Program-made: the position numbers and the translations under genes
Assembly: GCA_964419095.1 (NCBI GenBank)
Contig: CAYQOG010000001.1
Location: forward strand, 15,759-79,758
Direction: 5' to 3'
Length of the DNA: 64,000 bases
Origin: Candidatus Micrarchaeota archaeon
Lineage (GTDB): Archaea; Micrarchaeota; Micrarchaeia; Micrarchaeales; CABMGC01
The notes under the pieces: generated by a model
Databases searched by the model: none
The model's input: the letters and a program-made list of their open reading frames with translations, nothing else
Told to the model about the DNA's origin: nothing
Shown: piece after piece, positions 1-9,181 of the stretch
Numbering within the stretch: position 1 is the stretch's first letter
How the letters are laid out: every line of letters starts with the position of its first letter

Positions 1-48
1 TTCCGACAGCGCCGCGTAGATGACTTCCGTTTGTACTTCTGCTTCCAT
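1..48 (-). CDS. 5' end of an unidentified gene that runs off the left edge of the window
   Basis: ATG (minus) at 46-48 opens MEAEVQTEVIYAALSE...; only 16 codons are visible, so no family call is possible. Confidence 0.25.
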   Translation of the reverse strand, partial: MEAEVQTEVIYAALSE

Positions 49-176
49 AAAAAAACCGACGAACACCACATTTCCACTAATGGAAAATGGGTTTTTCTCT
101 TTTTTAATTTAATTATAAGGTGTAGTTAAGGTATATAATATACAATAAAAAAACGAATAGTGGAACTGTGGGGCCA

Positions 177-251
177 TAGCGGGAGATGGATTTGAACCAT
201 CGATCTCCGGGTTATGAGCCCGGCGGGCACTCCATGCTACCCTACCCCGCT
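177..251 (-). tRNA. tRNA-Met (anticodon CAT), archaeal initiator type
   Basis: Reverse complement reads AGCGGGG-TA-GGGT..GCCC-G-CCGGG-CTCATAA-CCCGG-AGATC-GATGG-TTCAAAT-CCATC-TCCCGCT-A. It has an A1:U72 pair and three G:C pairs closing the anticodon stem, as in archaeal tRNAi. No intron and no encoded CCA. Confidence 0.9.
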
Positions 252-281
252 ATTTTTACAGAATATCCTTTCACTTCTTTT

Positions 282-289
282 AATATAAA
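282..289 (-). promoter_or_regulatory. Putative TATA box for tRNA-iMet
   Basis: Minus strand reads cTTTATATTa about 31-38 nt upstream of the tRNA 5' end. The same TTTATAT core recurs upstream of other genes in the window. Confidence 0.4.
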
Positions 290-320
290 GCTTCTTGCCT
301 GCGTTATGGACGCGTTGCGC

Positions 321-1028
321 TCATGCGGTCTTCTCCGAAACAAAAAGGGCGCTGGCCTGCTCCTTATTGAGCACTCCGAATATCTTGCCGCAGTTCTCAC
401 ATTTGAAGTTTAGCTCGTATGCGGAATCGAAAGGAAGTATGAGCCTCTGGTCCTTGTAGCATGACTGGCAGTAGTAGAAGTCATTGCAGCCTTCCTGCAG
501 GTTGACCTTCTGGCTGTTGTGCTTCTCCGCAAGCGCCTCATAGAATGTTGATATCTTCTCCCTGTCCAAATACCATCTGAAGGTGAGCCATCCCTTGCTG
601 TCCTTGTTGATGTCGTATTTGGTTATTCCATAGCCATTAAGCACGTTGAGCATCCTTCTCACCTCATTGACCTTGGTTTCCATCCTTGCGGCGAGCTTGT
701 CGTCCGTGTGAGGTGCAGAATTGAGTATCTTCACCACATCGGCTCCCTGCTTGCCTACGTTCTTGGTTACGAATTCCGTGAAAAGGGCGTCAGAGACAAT
801 CTTCTCAGTAGCAATGATCCTGGTATTCTCGACAGCAAGCGCGGCCTCCTCCGCCTGCTTCTTCAATAGCTCCCCTTTCCTGGGCTTGGCTGCAAGCTTT
901 GCCTTGACTTTCGGGGCAGCTGCTGCCCTTTTTGCGGCCTTCCTGCGCACTGCCGGAGCTGCCTTCTTGGTCTTCCTCAAATTAGGCTTTGCCTTTTTGA
1001 CTGCCTTCTTGTTGTGTCTTTTCTGCAT
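321..1028 (-). CDS. tfe: Transcription factor E (TFE alpha / TFIIE-alpha homolog) with a Lys/Ala-rich N-terminal extension
   Basis: Winged-helix core (DDKLAARMETKVNEVRRMLNVLNGYGITKYDINKDSKGWLTFRWYL) plus a C-terminal zinc ribbon (CQSC...CENC). The first ~50 aa are K/A/P-rich. Confidence 0.8.
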   Translation of the reverse strand: MQKRHNKKAVKKAKPNLRKTKKAAPAVRRKAAKRAAAAPKVKAKLAAKPRKGELLKKQAEEAALAVENTRIIATEKIVSDALFTEFVTKNVGKQGADVVKILNSAPHTDDKLAARMETKVNEVRRMLNVLNGYGITKYDINKDSKGWLTFRWYLDREKISTFYEALAEKHNSQKVNLQEGCNDFYYCQSCYKDQRLILPFDSAYELNFKCENCGKIFGVLNKEQASALFVSEKTA

Positions 1029-1057
1029 AATGATCGCGATAGAGCCTTGCTCAGGTG

Positions 1058-1068
1058 TATATTATATA
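1058..1068 (-). promoter_or_regulatory. Putative TATA box of the tfe promoter
   Basis: tatataatata (minus) lies 30-40 nt upstream of ATG 1028, implying a very short leader and supporting the long TFE start. Confidence 0.45.
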
Positions 1069-1184
1069 CGGATATGGATTGGGTCAGCTGCCGTTACAAG
1101 TATATTACGCGGAACTATTATATATAGCTCTGCTTTGCATACAAACTAACAACATATATTTGTTAATTTGTAACTTATAAACGC

Positions 1185-2708
1185 CTAGTCCCTCGACAAA
1201 GCTATGACACCATTCATCCCCAGAGTGTCTTTTCTCAGAGGGTACTCCCCGTTGAAGCACGCGGTGCAGAAGTCCTTCCTCCCTATCGCCTCGATGACCT
1301 CTTCCAGCCTTGCATATTCGAGGGAATCCGCGCCAAGCATCCTTGCCATCTCTTTTGGCGTGGCGTTGCGGGCGAGCAGTTCTGCAGAGGTAGGATAATC
1401 GACACCCATGAAGCACGGCCAGAGTATCGGCGGAGACCCTATCCTCACATGAACCTCTCTCGCGCCAGCTTCGCGCAGGGCAGCAATGACCACGCCCAGG
1501 GTGTTTCCCCTAACAACGGAATCATCAAAAAGCACTATGCGCTTGCCCTCCACAACATCCTTGTCCACCGCAAGCTTGCCCTTCGCTATGTCTATGCGCA
1601 CGTCATCGTTAGGCGCTATGAATGATCTGCCTTCATGGTCGAGGAGCACAAGCCCCTTCGCTATCGGTATCCCGGTAACGCTGGCATATCCTCGGGCAAA
1701 GCGCACCGCGGTCTTCGGTATCGGCACCACTATATCTGCCTCTACACCGTCATGATGCCTTCCCACGCTCCTTCCTATGGCAAGCCTTGCGTCCCCCACA
1801 TTTACCCCATCTATAACTGTCTTGTCCTTCGAAAGGTAGATCACTTCCATTAGACAAGTTGTTTTGGTCCTCTTGTTGTATACCAAAGGGGAGTGTACCG
1901 TCATTATCTGATTGGCATCTATCGTCACGATCTCTCCTGGCGCGACGTCGTGCATCACTTTGCCCGCGAGTTTCGTTATTCCTGCACTTTCCGAAGCAAC
2001 AACGATGTTATCGCCGATCCTGCCTATCACAAGCGGCTTGTATCCGTTGTGGTCCCTCGCTGCCACGACGGTATTCCCATCAAGCACGACCATCGAGCAG
2101 GCACCGTCTATTTCTGCCAGAAGCGACGAAACGGCGCCAACAGTAGTCATGCCTGCCGCCTTCCTCTCGTTGATGTATCTTGGAAGGACTTCCGTGTCAG
2201 TGCTTGTTATCAACGGGCTTACCAGAGTTCTCAGGAACTCGAAATTTGAAAGGTTCCCATTGAAGCCCACCGCCACATCCCCCACCTGCATCGGCTGAGC
2301 CTCAGACATGAGCCTCTCAGTTTCCAGCGCCTCATCAAGACCGGAATCCTTCCTCCCGCCGCTTGTCGAATATCTTACCTGGCCGATAGCAATGCCAGAA
2401 CCTGAAGGCAGGTTTTTGATATTCACCGCCTCGCGCACGCGACCAGGGCCCCTTTCCATAGATATGCCGTCAGCCGAAGGCCAGGCGAGCCCTGCGGACT
2501 CCTGACCGCGGCTCTGCTGTTCCTTCAATAGCTTGTAGGTCAGGCTGCCTGCATTCGGCCCTATGACTGCCGCAACGCCGCATTCATCCCTTGCAGAGGA
2601 GCCGTTCCTGCGCGTAGCTGAGATTAAATTAACGGGCACTGGTATCGGTTGCTCTCGTTGTCTGAAAGCCAGCCTGGAAGGATTTGAGCTCATATCATAT
2701 TCGGACAT
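1185..2708 (-). CDS. purF: Amidophosphoribosyltransferase (glutamine-PRPP amidotransferase)
   Basis: Ntn catalytic Cys in DECGVAAVIG, a PRTase motif (IVLFDDSVVRGNT) and a C-terminal Cys cluster. The start is uncertain: either a long propeptide or the GTG about 24 codons in. Confidence 0.9.
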   Translation of the reverse strand: MSEYDMSSNPSRLAFRQREQPIPVPVNLISATRRNGSSARDECGVAAVIGPNAGSLTYKLLKEQQSRGQESAGLAWPSADGISMERGPGRVREAVNIKNLPSGSGIAIGQVRYSTSGGRKDSGLDEALETERLMSEAQPMQVGDVAVGFNGNLSNFEFLRTLVSPLITSTDTEVLPRYINERKAAGMTTVGAVSSLLAEIDGACSMVVLDGNTVVAARDHNGYKPLVIGRIGDNIVVASESAGITKLAGKVMHDVAPGEIVTIDANQIMTVHSPLVYNKRTKTTCLMEVIYLSKDKTVIDGVNVGDARLAIGRSVGRHHDGVEADIVVPIPKTAVRFARGYASVTGIPIAKGLVLLDHEGRSFIAPNDDVRIDIAKGKLAVDKDVVEGKRIVLFDDSVVRGNTLGVVIAALREAGAREVHVRIGSPPILWPCFMGVDYPTSAELLARNATPKEMARMLGADSLEYARLEEVIEAIGRKDFCTACFNGEYPLRKDTLGMNGVIALSRD

Positions 2709-2787
2709 TTGTTATATAAATATTTCCATGCCTTGCAGTGTTTACCTGTCAAAGGCGGCGTTGACTCCAATAAAAGAGAAAACCACG

Positions 2788-2862
2788 TGGGCCCGGGGGG
2801 ATTTGAACCCTCGGCTTGCTGGTTAAGAGCCAGCCACTCTGACCAAACTGAGTTACGAGCCC
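2788..2862 (-). tRNA. tRNA-Lys (anticodon CTT)
   Basis: Reverse complement reads GGGCTCG-TA-ACTC-AGTTTGGTCA-GAGT-G-GCTGG-CTCTTAA-CCAGC-AAGCC-GAGGG-TTCAAAT-CCCCC-CGGGCCC-A. There is one A:C mismatch in the T stem. No intron and no encoded CCA. Confidence 0.85.
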
Positions 2863-2926
2863 AAATAATAAGCAAGAATTATTTGTGCGACCAGCTTATT
2901 AATATTATCTGAATCGCAGTCAAAAG

Positions 2927-4261
2927 CTATTTCTTCAGGGCCTTTTCCGCGAACTTTGCGACGGCATCGTCAAGGTACCTGCCTTTCGGGCTGAGCTCGT
3001 AGGAAACCTGTACTATTGGCTTGTTGGCGTTTATCACATGCCTAAGGTCTGTCGGTGTCGCGGAGAGCACAACATCACAATCAGCCGCGTTGACGGTCGC
3101 CTCAAGGTCGCGCACCTGTTTCGGGCTGTACCCTACGGCAGGCAGTTCGTCAGACAAGAAGCTATACTTCTCGAATATGTCCTTCAAAGTTCCCACTGCG
3201 TACTTCTTCGCATTTACCACTTTTCCTGCACCAAACTGCCTTGCTGCAACAGAGCCTGCCCCAAACAGCATCCCCCCATGCGTTATTGTAGGCCCGTCCT
3301 CAACAATCAACACACGCTTTCCCTTAACGCCGTTTGGATTGTCGACGCCTATTACCGAGTCGGCATACACTATTCTTGCCATAGGGTTGATTTCTTCAAG
3401 GTCTTTCACAACTCTCTGGACATCAATCTTCTTTGCGCTGTTTACCTTGTTTATGATAAGTATGTCGGCCATCCGCGCAACAGTCTCTCCAGGATAATAA
3501 GTAAGCTCGTTGCCTGCTCTGAGCGGGTCCGCAACCACTATTGACAAATCGGCCTTGAAGAAAGAGGCATCATTATTCCCGCCGTCCCACAGAACAACAT
3601 CTGCTTCAGATTCTGCCTTCCTGAGTATCTTCTCATAATCCACTCCGGAGTAGACAACGAATCCGTTCTTTATGTGGGGCTCGTAGTCCTCCCGTTCCTC
3701 CACAGTTGTCTTGTACTTGTCAAGATCCTTTAGCGTAGCAAATCTCTCTACAATTTCATCCTTTAGTATTCCATAAGGCATCGGATGCCTCACCACTGCG
3801 ACTTTGAGGCCCAATTTCCTAAGGGCAAGGGCTACATATCTTGAGGTCTGGCTTTTTCCAACGCCAGTGCGCACTCCGCATACAGAAACCACAGGTTTCG
3901 TTGACTTGAGCATCGTGTGTTCCGGCGCAAGTATCCAGAAATCAGCCCCGTTCGCATTGACAAGGCTCGCCTTCTCCATCACGTCCTGGTATCTCAGATC
4001 GCTATAGGCAATTATGCAAATATCAACGTCAAATTTGCGTATAAGTTCTGGCAGTTCCGATTCATCGTATATCTTTATGCCTGAAGGGTAGAGTTTCCCG
4101 CTAAGTTCCTTTGGGTACGGCCTGCCTGATATGAAAGGTATCTGGTTTGCGGTAAATGCAACTACATTGTAATCAGGATTATCCCTGAAAAGCACGTTGA
4201 AGCAGTGGAAATCCTTCCCGGCAGCCCCTATTATGATCACCTTCTTGACCGATTTTTGCAT
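2927..4261 (-). CDS. COG2403-like predicted P-loop GTPase (cyclic 2,3-diphosphoglycerate synthetase-like family)
   Basis: N-terminal Rossmann-like KKVIIIGAAGKDFH, a central P-loop CGVRTGVGKSQTS, and ~440 aa as in that family. The family is recalled from memory and was not searched. Confidence 0.5.
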   Translation of the reverse strand: MQKSVKKVIIIGAAGKDFHCFNVLFRDNPDYNVVAFTANQIPFISGRPYPKELSGKLYPSGIKIYDESELPELIRKFDVDICIIAYSDLRYQDVMEKASLVNANGADFWILAPEHTMLKSTKPVVSVCGVRTGVGKSQTSRYVALALRKLGLKVAVVRHPMPYGILKDEIVERFATLKDLDKYKTTVEEREDYEPHIKNGFVVYSGVDYEKILRKAESEADVVLWDGGNNDASFFKADLSIVVADPLRAGNELTYYPGETVARMADILIINKVNSAKKIDVQRVVKDLEEINPMARIVYADSVIGVDNPNGVKGKRVLIVEDGPTITHGGMLFGAGSVAARQFGAGKVVNAKKYAVGTLKDIFEKYSFLSDELPAVGYSPKQVRDLEATVNAADCDVVLSATPTDLRHVINANKPIVQVSYELSPKGRYLDDAVAKFAEKALKK

Positions 4262-4352
4262 GATTGAAACATGGGATTGTTACTTTAAAAATGCATCGCA
4301 TAAAACACAGGTTTTATATCTGAAATTAACTGCAAAATAAATCTTCAAAAGC

Positions 4353-4360
4353 TTTATATT
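4353..4360 (+). promoter_or_regulatory. Putative TATA box upstream of gyrB
   Basis: gcTTTATATTc lies about 55-60 nt upstream of ATG 4414, and an SD-like GCTGAT sits 7 nt before the ATG. Confidence 0.35.
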
Positions 4361-4413
4361 CTTTCGAATGCAATGAATAAGTGTTCTAATCTTTTACAAA
4401 ATCAGCTGATATT

Positions 4414-6324
4414 ATGCCTGCCGAGAACCAAGAGTATGACGCATCAAAAATCGTCGTACTGGAAGGTGCCCAAGGCATAAGAAAAAGACCCGCAATGTAC
4501 ATCGGTTCCACAGGAACTGCAGGAGTTCTACACCTGCTTTATGAGGTTGTAGACAACTCTGTTGACGAAACTCTGGCTGGTTACGCGAAGAACATAACGA
4601 TTCGCCTTTTCATGGACAACGAGACCAACGTCGCTGAAGTCAGCGACGACGGGAGAGGCATACCTGTAGACATAATGCCGAAATACAACAAAGGCGCGCT
4701 CGAAGTTATAATGACCACGCTCCATAAGGGTGGAAAGTTCGGAGGCGACGCGTACAAGGTATCTGGAGGCCTACACGGCGTGGGGCTCACTGTTGTCAAT
4801 GCGCTTTCGGAATACACGGAAGTGACAGTGAAGAAGAACGGCCATCTCTACAGGCAGACATTCAGCAGGGGCACTCCAACCTCAGAACTCGCCCAGATAG
4901 GCGACACTACAGAAAGAGGCACAACAATAAAGTTTAAGCCAGACAGAGAGATCTTCCCATCAACCACATTTGACTCTGCAATACTGAAGGACAGGCTTCT
5001 ATACACAAGCTTCCTGAACCCCGAAGTCACGATCACGCTTACTGACGAAAGGTTTGAGCCTCACGAGACACAGACATACAATTCCAAGGAAGGCATAATC
5101 GACTTCATCAGATTCATAAACAACGAGAAGACAACACTCACCAACGTCATACGCTCAAAGCAGCAGAAGGACGACGTCGTCGTGGAATACGCGCTGCAGT
5201 ACAACAACACATATGACGAAAGGCTTGAGTCATTCGTCAACAACATAAGGACCCCGGAAGGAGGTACGCACGTCATAGGCTTTCACAGTGGCCTTACAAG
5301 GGCAATACTTAACTACATTGCCAAGAACAAGGCCATAAAAACTGAAATAAAAGTAACCGGAGAGGACATACGCGAAGGCCTCTCTGCAGTTCTCAGCGTT
5401 TTGATGCAGAATCCCGAGTTTGAAGGCCAGACAAAGGAGAAGCTAGGGAATACGAAGGTCAAAAACATACTCGAGGTAGACGTGTATGACAACATGTCCA
5501 GGTACCTTGAAGAACATCCGGCAGACGCAAAGGCAATAGTCGAAAAGGCTATAGTGGCTGCAACGGCCAGGGAAAGCTCAAGAAAGGCAAGGGAGCTGGC
5601 AAGGAAGAAGAGCATATTCGACAGCTCTGTTCTCCCGGGCAAGCTCTCAGACTGCATTTTCGACGATCCTGCAAAAACAGAAATCTTCCTGGTAGAGGGA
5701 GAAAGTGCAGGAGGTTCAAGCAAGAGCGGCAGGGACAAGAACACGCAAGCCATACTCCCACTCAGGGGAAAGATACTCAACGTCGAAAAGGCAAATTACG
5801 AGAAGATATTCGACAACAATGAGATAAAGGCCATGATCACTGCTTTCGGGGCAGGGATAAACGAAACTTTCAATATCGAGGGGCTCAGGTACCACAAGAT
5901 AATTCTGATGAGCGACGCAGACGTGGACGGAAGCCACATCAGGACGCTGCTGCTCACATTCTTCTACAGGTTCATGAAAAAGATAATCGAAGCCGGTAAT
6001 GTCTACATAGCGCAGCCTCCCCTTTACAAGATAACCAAAGGAAAGGAAGTTTCATACTGCTACAGCGAGGAAGAGCTGCTGGTCAAAAGAAAGGAACTGG
6101 GAGACAAGATCGACCTCCAGAGGTATAAGGGACTTGGAGAGATGAACCCGGACCAGCTCTGGGAAACCACAATGAATCCAGAAACCAGGCTTCTCAAGAG
6201 GGTGACAATAGCCGATGCCATGAGGACGGACCAGCTCTTCACCATACTCATGGGAGTCGATGTGCCAAAGAGAAGGAAATTCCTGCAGGAGCATGCCGAA
6301 GAGGTCAGAGTACTTGACATATAA
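4414..6324 (+). CDS. gyrB: DNA gyrase subunit B
   Basis: GHKL ATPase motifs (LHHLVYEVVDNSVDE-like, GGLHGVG), Toprim (LVEGESAGGS, PLRGKILNVEKA, DADVDGSHI) and the C-terminal tail YKGLGEMNP. Confidence 0.97.
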   Translation: MPAENQEYDASKIVVLEGAQGIRKRPAMYIGSTGTAGVLHLLYEVVDNSVDETLAGYAKNITIRLFMDNETNVAEVSDDGRGIPVDIMPKYNKGALEVIMTTLHKGGKFGGDAYKVSGGLHGVGLTVVNALSEYTEVTVKKNGHLYRQTFSRGTPTSELAQIGDTTERGTTIKFKPDREIFPSTTFDSAILKDRLLYTSFLNPEVTITLTDERFEPHETQTYNSKEGIIDFIRFINNEKTTLTNVIRSKQQKDDVVVEYALQYNNTYDERLESFVNNIRTPEGGTHVIGFHSGLTRAILNYIAKNKAIKTEIKVTGEDIREGLSAVLSVLMQNPEFEGQTKEKLGNTKVKNILEVDVYDNMSRYLEEHPADAKAIVEKAIVAATARESSRKARELARKKSIFDSSVLPGKLSDCIFDDPAKTEIFLVEGESAGGSSKSGRDKNTQAILPLRGKILNVEKANYEKIFDNNEIKAMITAFGAGINETFNIEGLRYHKIILMSDADVDGSHIRTLLLTFFYRFMKKIIEAGNVYIAQPPLYKITKGKEVSYCYSEEELLVKRKELGDKIDLQRYKGLGEMNPDQLWETTMNPETRLLKRVTIADAMRTDQLFTILMGVDVPKRRKFLQEHAEEVRVLDI

Positions 6325-6332
6325 GTGATAAA

Positions 6333-8792
6333 TTGAGAGAGCCAAAGAACGCGCCATTGGATGACGAGCTGCAAACCAGCTACATCGACTACGCAATGAG
6401 CGTGATAATAGGCAGGGCAATACCCGACGCCAGGGACGGCCTCAAGCCCGTGCAGAGAAGGGTTCTCTACACCATGTACGGATTAAAGAACTTCCACAAC
6501 CTGCCTACGAAAAAGAGTGCAAGGATAGTCGGAGACTGCATAGGAAAACTGCACCCCCACGGAGACATAGCGGTGTACGATGCGCTGGTCAGGATGGCGC
6601 AGGATTTCTCCATGCACCACAGGCTTGTCGAGGGTCAGGGCAACATGGGAAGCGTTGACGGCGATCCTCCCGCTGCAATGCGTTACACTGAAGTGAGGCT
6701 TACCAAGATTGCAGAGGAGATGCTGAACGACCTGGACAAGGAGACCGTTGCCTTCACGCCGAATTTCGACAACACTGAAACCGAGCCGGTTACTCTTCCG
6801 TCAAGGATACCAAACCTTCTGGTAAACGGGTCATCAGGAATAGCAGTAGGGGTTGCAACAAGCATACCTCCTCACAACCTCAACGAAGTGTGCGAAGCTA
6901 TCGTCCACGTCCTCGACCACAAAGAGTCTACCATAGAGGACGTGCTTGGAATAATAAAGGGGCCCGATTTCCCTACTGGAGGAATAGCCATAATGTCCCA
7001 GAACGCATACGCCGGTTACAGGCACGGCCGCGGCCAGACAACCATAAGGGCGAAGGCTGAGATAGACGAAAAGAAGAGGAAGATAGTCATAAACGAGATA
7101 CCATACAACGTAAACAAGGCAATCCTGATACAGACTATAGCTGAATTTGTACGAGAGAAAAGGATAACCGGAATAAGGGATCTGAGAGACGAAAGCGACA
7201 AGAGCGGCCTGCGAATAACCATAGACCTGAAAGATGACGCAAATCCTGAACAGGTGCTCAACATGCTTTACAAGCACACGCAGCTGGAGGTGACATTCCC
7301 GATAATCAACCTTGCTGTAGTCGGAAAGAGGCTGATGAGCCTCAACATCCTCAGCATGATTACCACATTCATCGACTACAGAAGGGAAATCGTACTCAAG
7401 AGAAGCCAGTATGAATTGAGAGTTGCAGCGGACAGGCTCCACATAGTCGAAGGCCTCATCCTTGCAATAGACAGAATAGACGAAATAATAAAGGACATAA
7501 AGGAAAGCGGAGAACTTGCACAGGCAAGAGCCACCCTAATGAAAAGTTACGCGTTGTCAGAGAAGCAGGCAAACGCTATACTTGACATGAAGCTCAGCAG
7601 GCTTACGCATCTTGAGAACACGTCGCTGAACAATGAGAAGAAAGAGCTCATAGCTAGCGTCTCCCATTACAAGGCGATAACAGAGCAGCCGGAGAAAGTT
7701 GACCAGATAATAAAAGAGGAGACCCATGATGTGAAGAAGCAATTCGGCAAGCCAAGGAAAACAGAAATACTCAACATAGACCAGCCGCTCGACATAACTG
7801 ATGAGGACATGATAAGCAACGAGCGTGTCACGGTCATAATGACCAACAAAGGGTATGTCAAGAGGCAGAACATAACCACTTTCAAGGAGCAGGGAAGGGG
7901 CGGCAGGGGAGTCATAGCGATAAACCTGACTGAAGGAGACTACGTCAAGGAGATTCTTACATGCAACAACAAGGACTTCCTCCTCTGCATATCCAATACG
8001 GGCAGGGCCTACTGGATCAAGGCGTACAACATCCCTGAAAGCAGCAGGTACGGGGCAGGAAAAGCAATAGTCAACCTGCTAAACCTCACGAGTGACGAGA
8101 AGATAGTGGTCATGCTCGACATGAAGAACACAGAGAAATCAAACATAGCATTCCTTACCGCGAAAGGAGTGGTCAAGAAGACCGACGCTGTGCTCTTCTC
8201 CAGGCCAAGGTCGAATGGCGTCAGGGCAATACACCTGCGCGAAGGAGACGAGATATCAGACGTCATAATCTATTCTAACTCCAAGTACCTCACAATACTC
8301 ACCAAAGCCGGCAAGTCGATAAAGTTCGAGGAAGAGGAGCTGAGGCAGATAGGAAGGACGGCATCAGGAGTAAGGGGAATAAGGCTGCATGAAAAGGACT
8401 TCGCGAAGAATATAATATCCGCAAACGATTCAGGAAGCATATTGACTGTTACGGAGAAAGGCTACGGAAAGATCACTGATATATCGCTTTACAGGACCCA
8501 GGGCAGAGGAGGAAGCGGTGTTATAAACATAAAGACGAACGAGAAGACAGGGCCTGTGTCAAAGGCACTGTTCATAAGCGGAGAGCAGCACCTGATGCTG
8601 ATTAATTCGAGCGGAATAAGCATAACCATACCGATAGACTCGATAAGGATAACAGGAAGAGCCGCAAGCGGAGTAAGGCTCATGAAACTTGAAGATGGGG
8701 CAAAGGTAGTCGACGCTAGGGTCATAAGGGGCGATGACGCAATGCCTCTGCCGCCTGCTGTTCCTAAACAGCAACCTCCGCCGCAGGCCTGA
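6333..8792 (+). CDS. gyrA: DNA gyrase subunit A
   Basis: GLKPVQRRVLY, HPHGD, and the active-site Tyr in AAMRYTE. C-terminal beta-pinwheel repeats (GRGGRGV, GRGGSGV). TTG start 9 nt after the gyrB stop. Confidence 0.97.
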   Translation: MREPKNAPLDDELQTSYIDYAMSVIIGRAIPDARDGLKPVQRRVLYTMYGLKNFHNLPTKKSARIVGDCIGKLHPHGDIAVYDALVRMAQDFSMHHRLVEGQGNMGSVDGDPPAAMRYTEVRLTKIAEEMLNDLDKETVAFTPNFDNTETEPVTLPSRIPNLLVNGSSGIAVGVATSIPPHNLNEVCEAIVHVLDHKESTIEDVLGIIKGPDFPTGGIAIMSQNAYAGYRHGRGQTTIRAKAEIDEKKRKIVINEIPYNVNKAILIQTIAEFVREKRITGIRDLRDESDKSGLRITIDLKDDANPEQVLNMLYKHTQLEVTFPIINLAVVGKRLMSLNILSMITTFIDYRREIVLKRSQYELRVAADRLHIVEGLILAIDRIDEIIKDIKESGELAQARATLMKSYALSEKQANAILDMKLSRLTHLENTSLNNEKKELIASVSHYKAITEQPEKVDQIIKEETHDVKKQFGKPRKTEILNIDQPLDITDEDMISNERVTVIMTNKGYVKRQNITTFKEQGRGGRGVIAINLTEGDYVKEILTCNNKDFLLCISNTGRAYWIKAYNIPESSRYGAGKAIVNLLNLTSDEKIVVMLDMKNTEKSNIAFLTAKGVVKKTDAVLFSRPRSNGVRAIHLREGDEISDVIIYSNSKYLTILTKAGKSIKFEEEELRQIGRTASGVRGIRLHEKDFAKNIISANDSGSILTVTEKGYGKITDISLYRTQGRGGSGVINIKTNEKTGPVSKALFISGEQHLMLINSSGISITIPIDSIRITGRAASGVRLMKLEDGAKVVDARVIRGDDAMPLPPAVPKQQPPPQA

Positions 8793-8851
8793 ATCCCTAG
8801 AAAACCATTAATAACCCCAACAGCCAGCTCCTAAATGAATCCGGTGGTAAA

Positions 8852-9181
8852 TTGGCAGTTCCAAGGCAACGCGTGGCAACCCCTGTCGAAATCACTCAGA
8901 CACCGGCAGGAATGACAAGAAACATACGGTCAAGATTACAGGAGATGCTAAGACGGGAGATAGATTTCGATAATATCGGCAGACGAGAAGAAAACGTCCT
9001 TGCCAAAACAAAGTTCTTCAAGGACCTATTTTTCGGAGTAGGTACATTCGCAATAGTGAACCACGCGAAAGCCCAAGCCGTATTGGACCGTATGCTAAGT
9101 GAAGGAGAGATAACTCCGCGCGAGTATGATATGGGGGTGGACCTGATACTCGAATCGCTGCGCGGTTCAATTAAGCCTTGA
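8852..9181 (+). CDS. Small hypothetical protein with weak phasin-like (COG3937-type) helical pattern
   Basis: FFKDLFFGVGTFAIVNHAKAQAVLDRMLSEGEITPREYDMGVDLILESL resembles small phasin-like regulators. TTG start; the 3' end overlaps the lhr stop by 15 nt (convergent). Confidence 0.35.
   Translation: MAVPRQRVATPVEITQTPAGMTRNIRSRLQEMLRREIDFDNIGRREENVLAKTKFFKDLFFGVGTFAIVNHAKAQAVLDRMLSEGEITPREYDMGVDLILESLRGSIKP

Noticed and set aside
186-413. 75-aa ORF covering tRNA-iMet, and ORFs 2690-2875 and 2709-2912 covering tRNA-Lys.
   Set aside because: They are explained by the tRNA genes and flanking non-coding sequence. They show no coding signal.
721-1149. 142-aa plus-strand ORF antisense to tfe. The same class of long antisense ORFs occurs at 16878-17453, 25815-26417, 25873-26460, 26479-27159, 43958-44758 and 45411-45909.
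   Set aside because: Each lies fully inside a confidently identified gene on the opposite strand and has low-complexity, Ser/Leu/Cys-rich shadow-frame composition. They are typical antisense artefacts of codon bias.
1185-2708. Unusually long (about 43 aa) PurF propeptide before the catalytic Cys.
   Set aside because: Probably a start-codon artefact: an in-frame GTG about 24 codons downstream would give a more ordinary propeptide. Not interpretable without N-terminal data.
4404-4416. An identical 13-mer AGCTGATATTATG at the gyrB start (4404-4416) and the pfdB start (14147-14159).
   Set aside because: Most simply explained as an SD-like GCTGAT (compare the widespread GGTGA) plus spacer and ATG. 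Two copies are too few to claim a regulatory motif.
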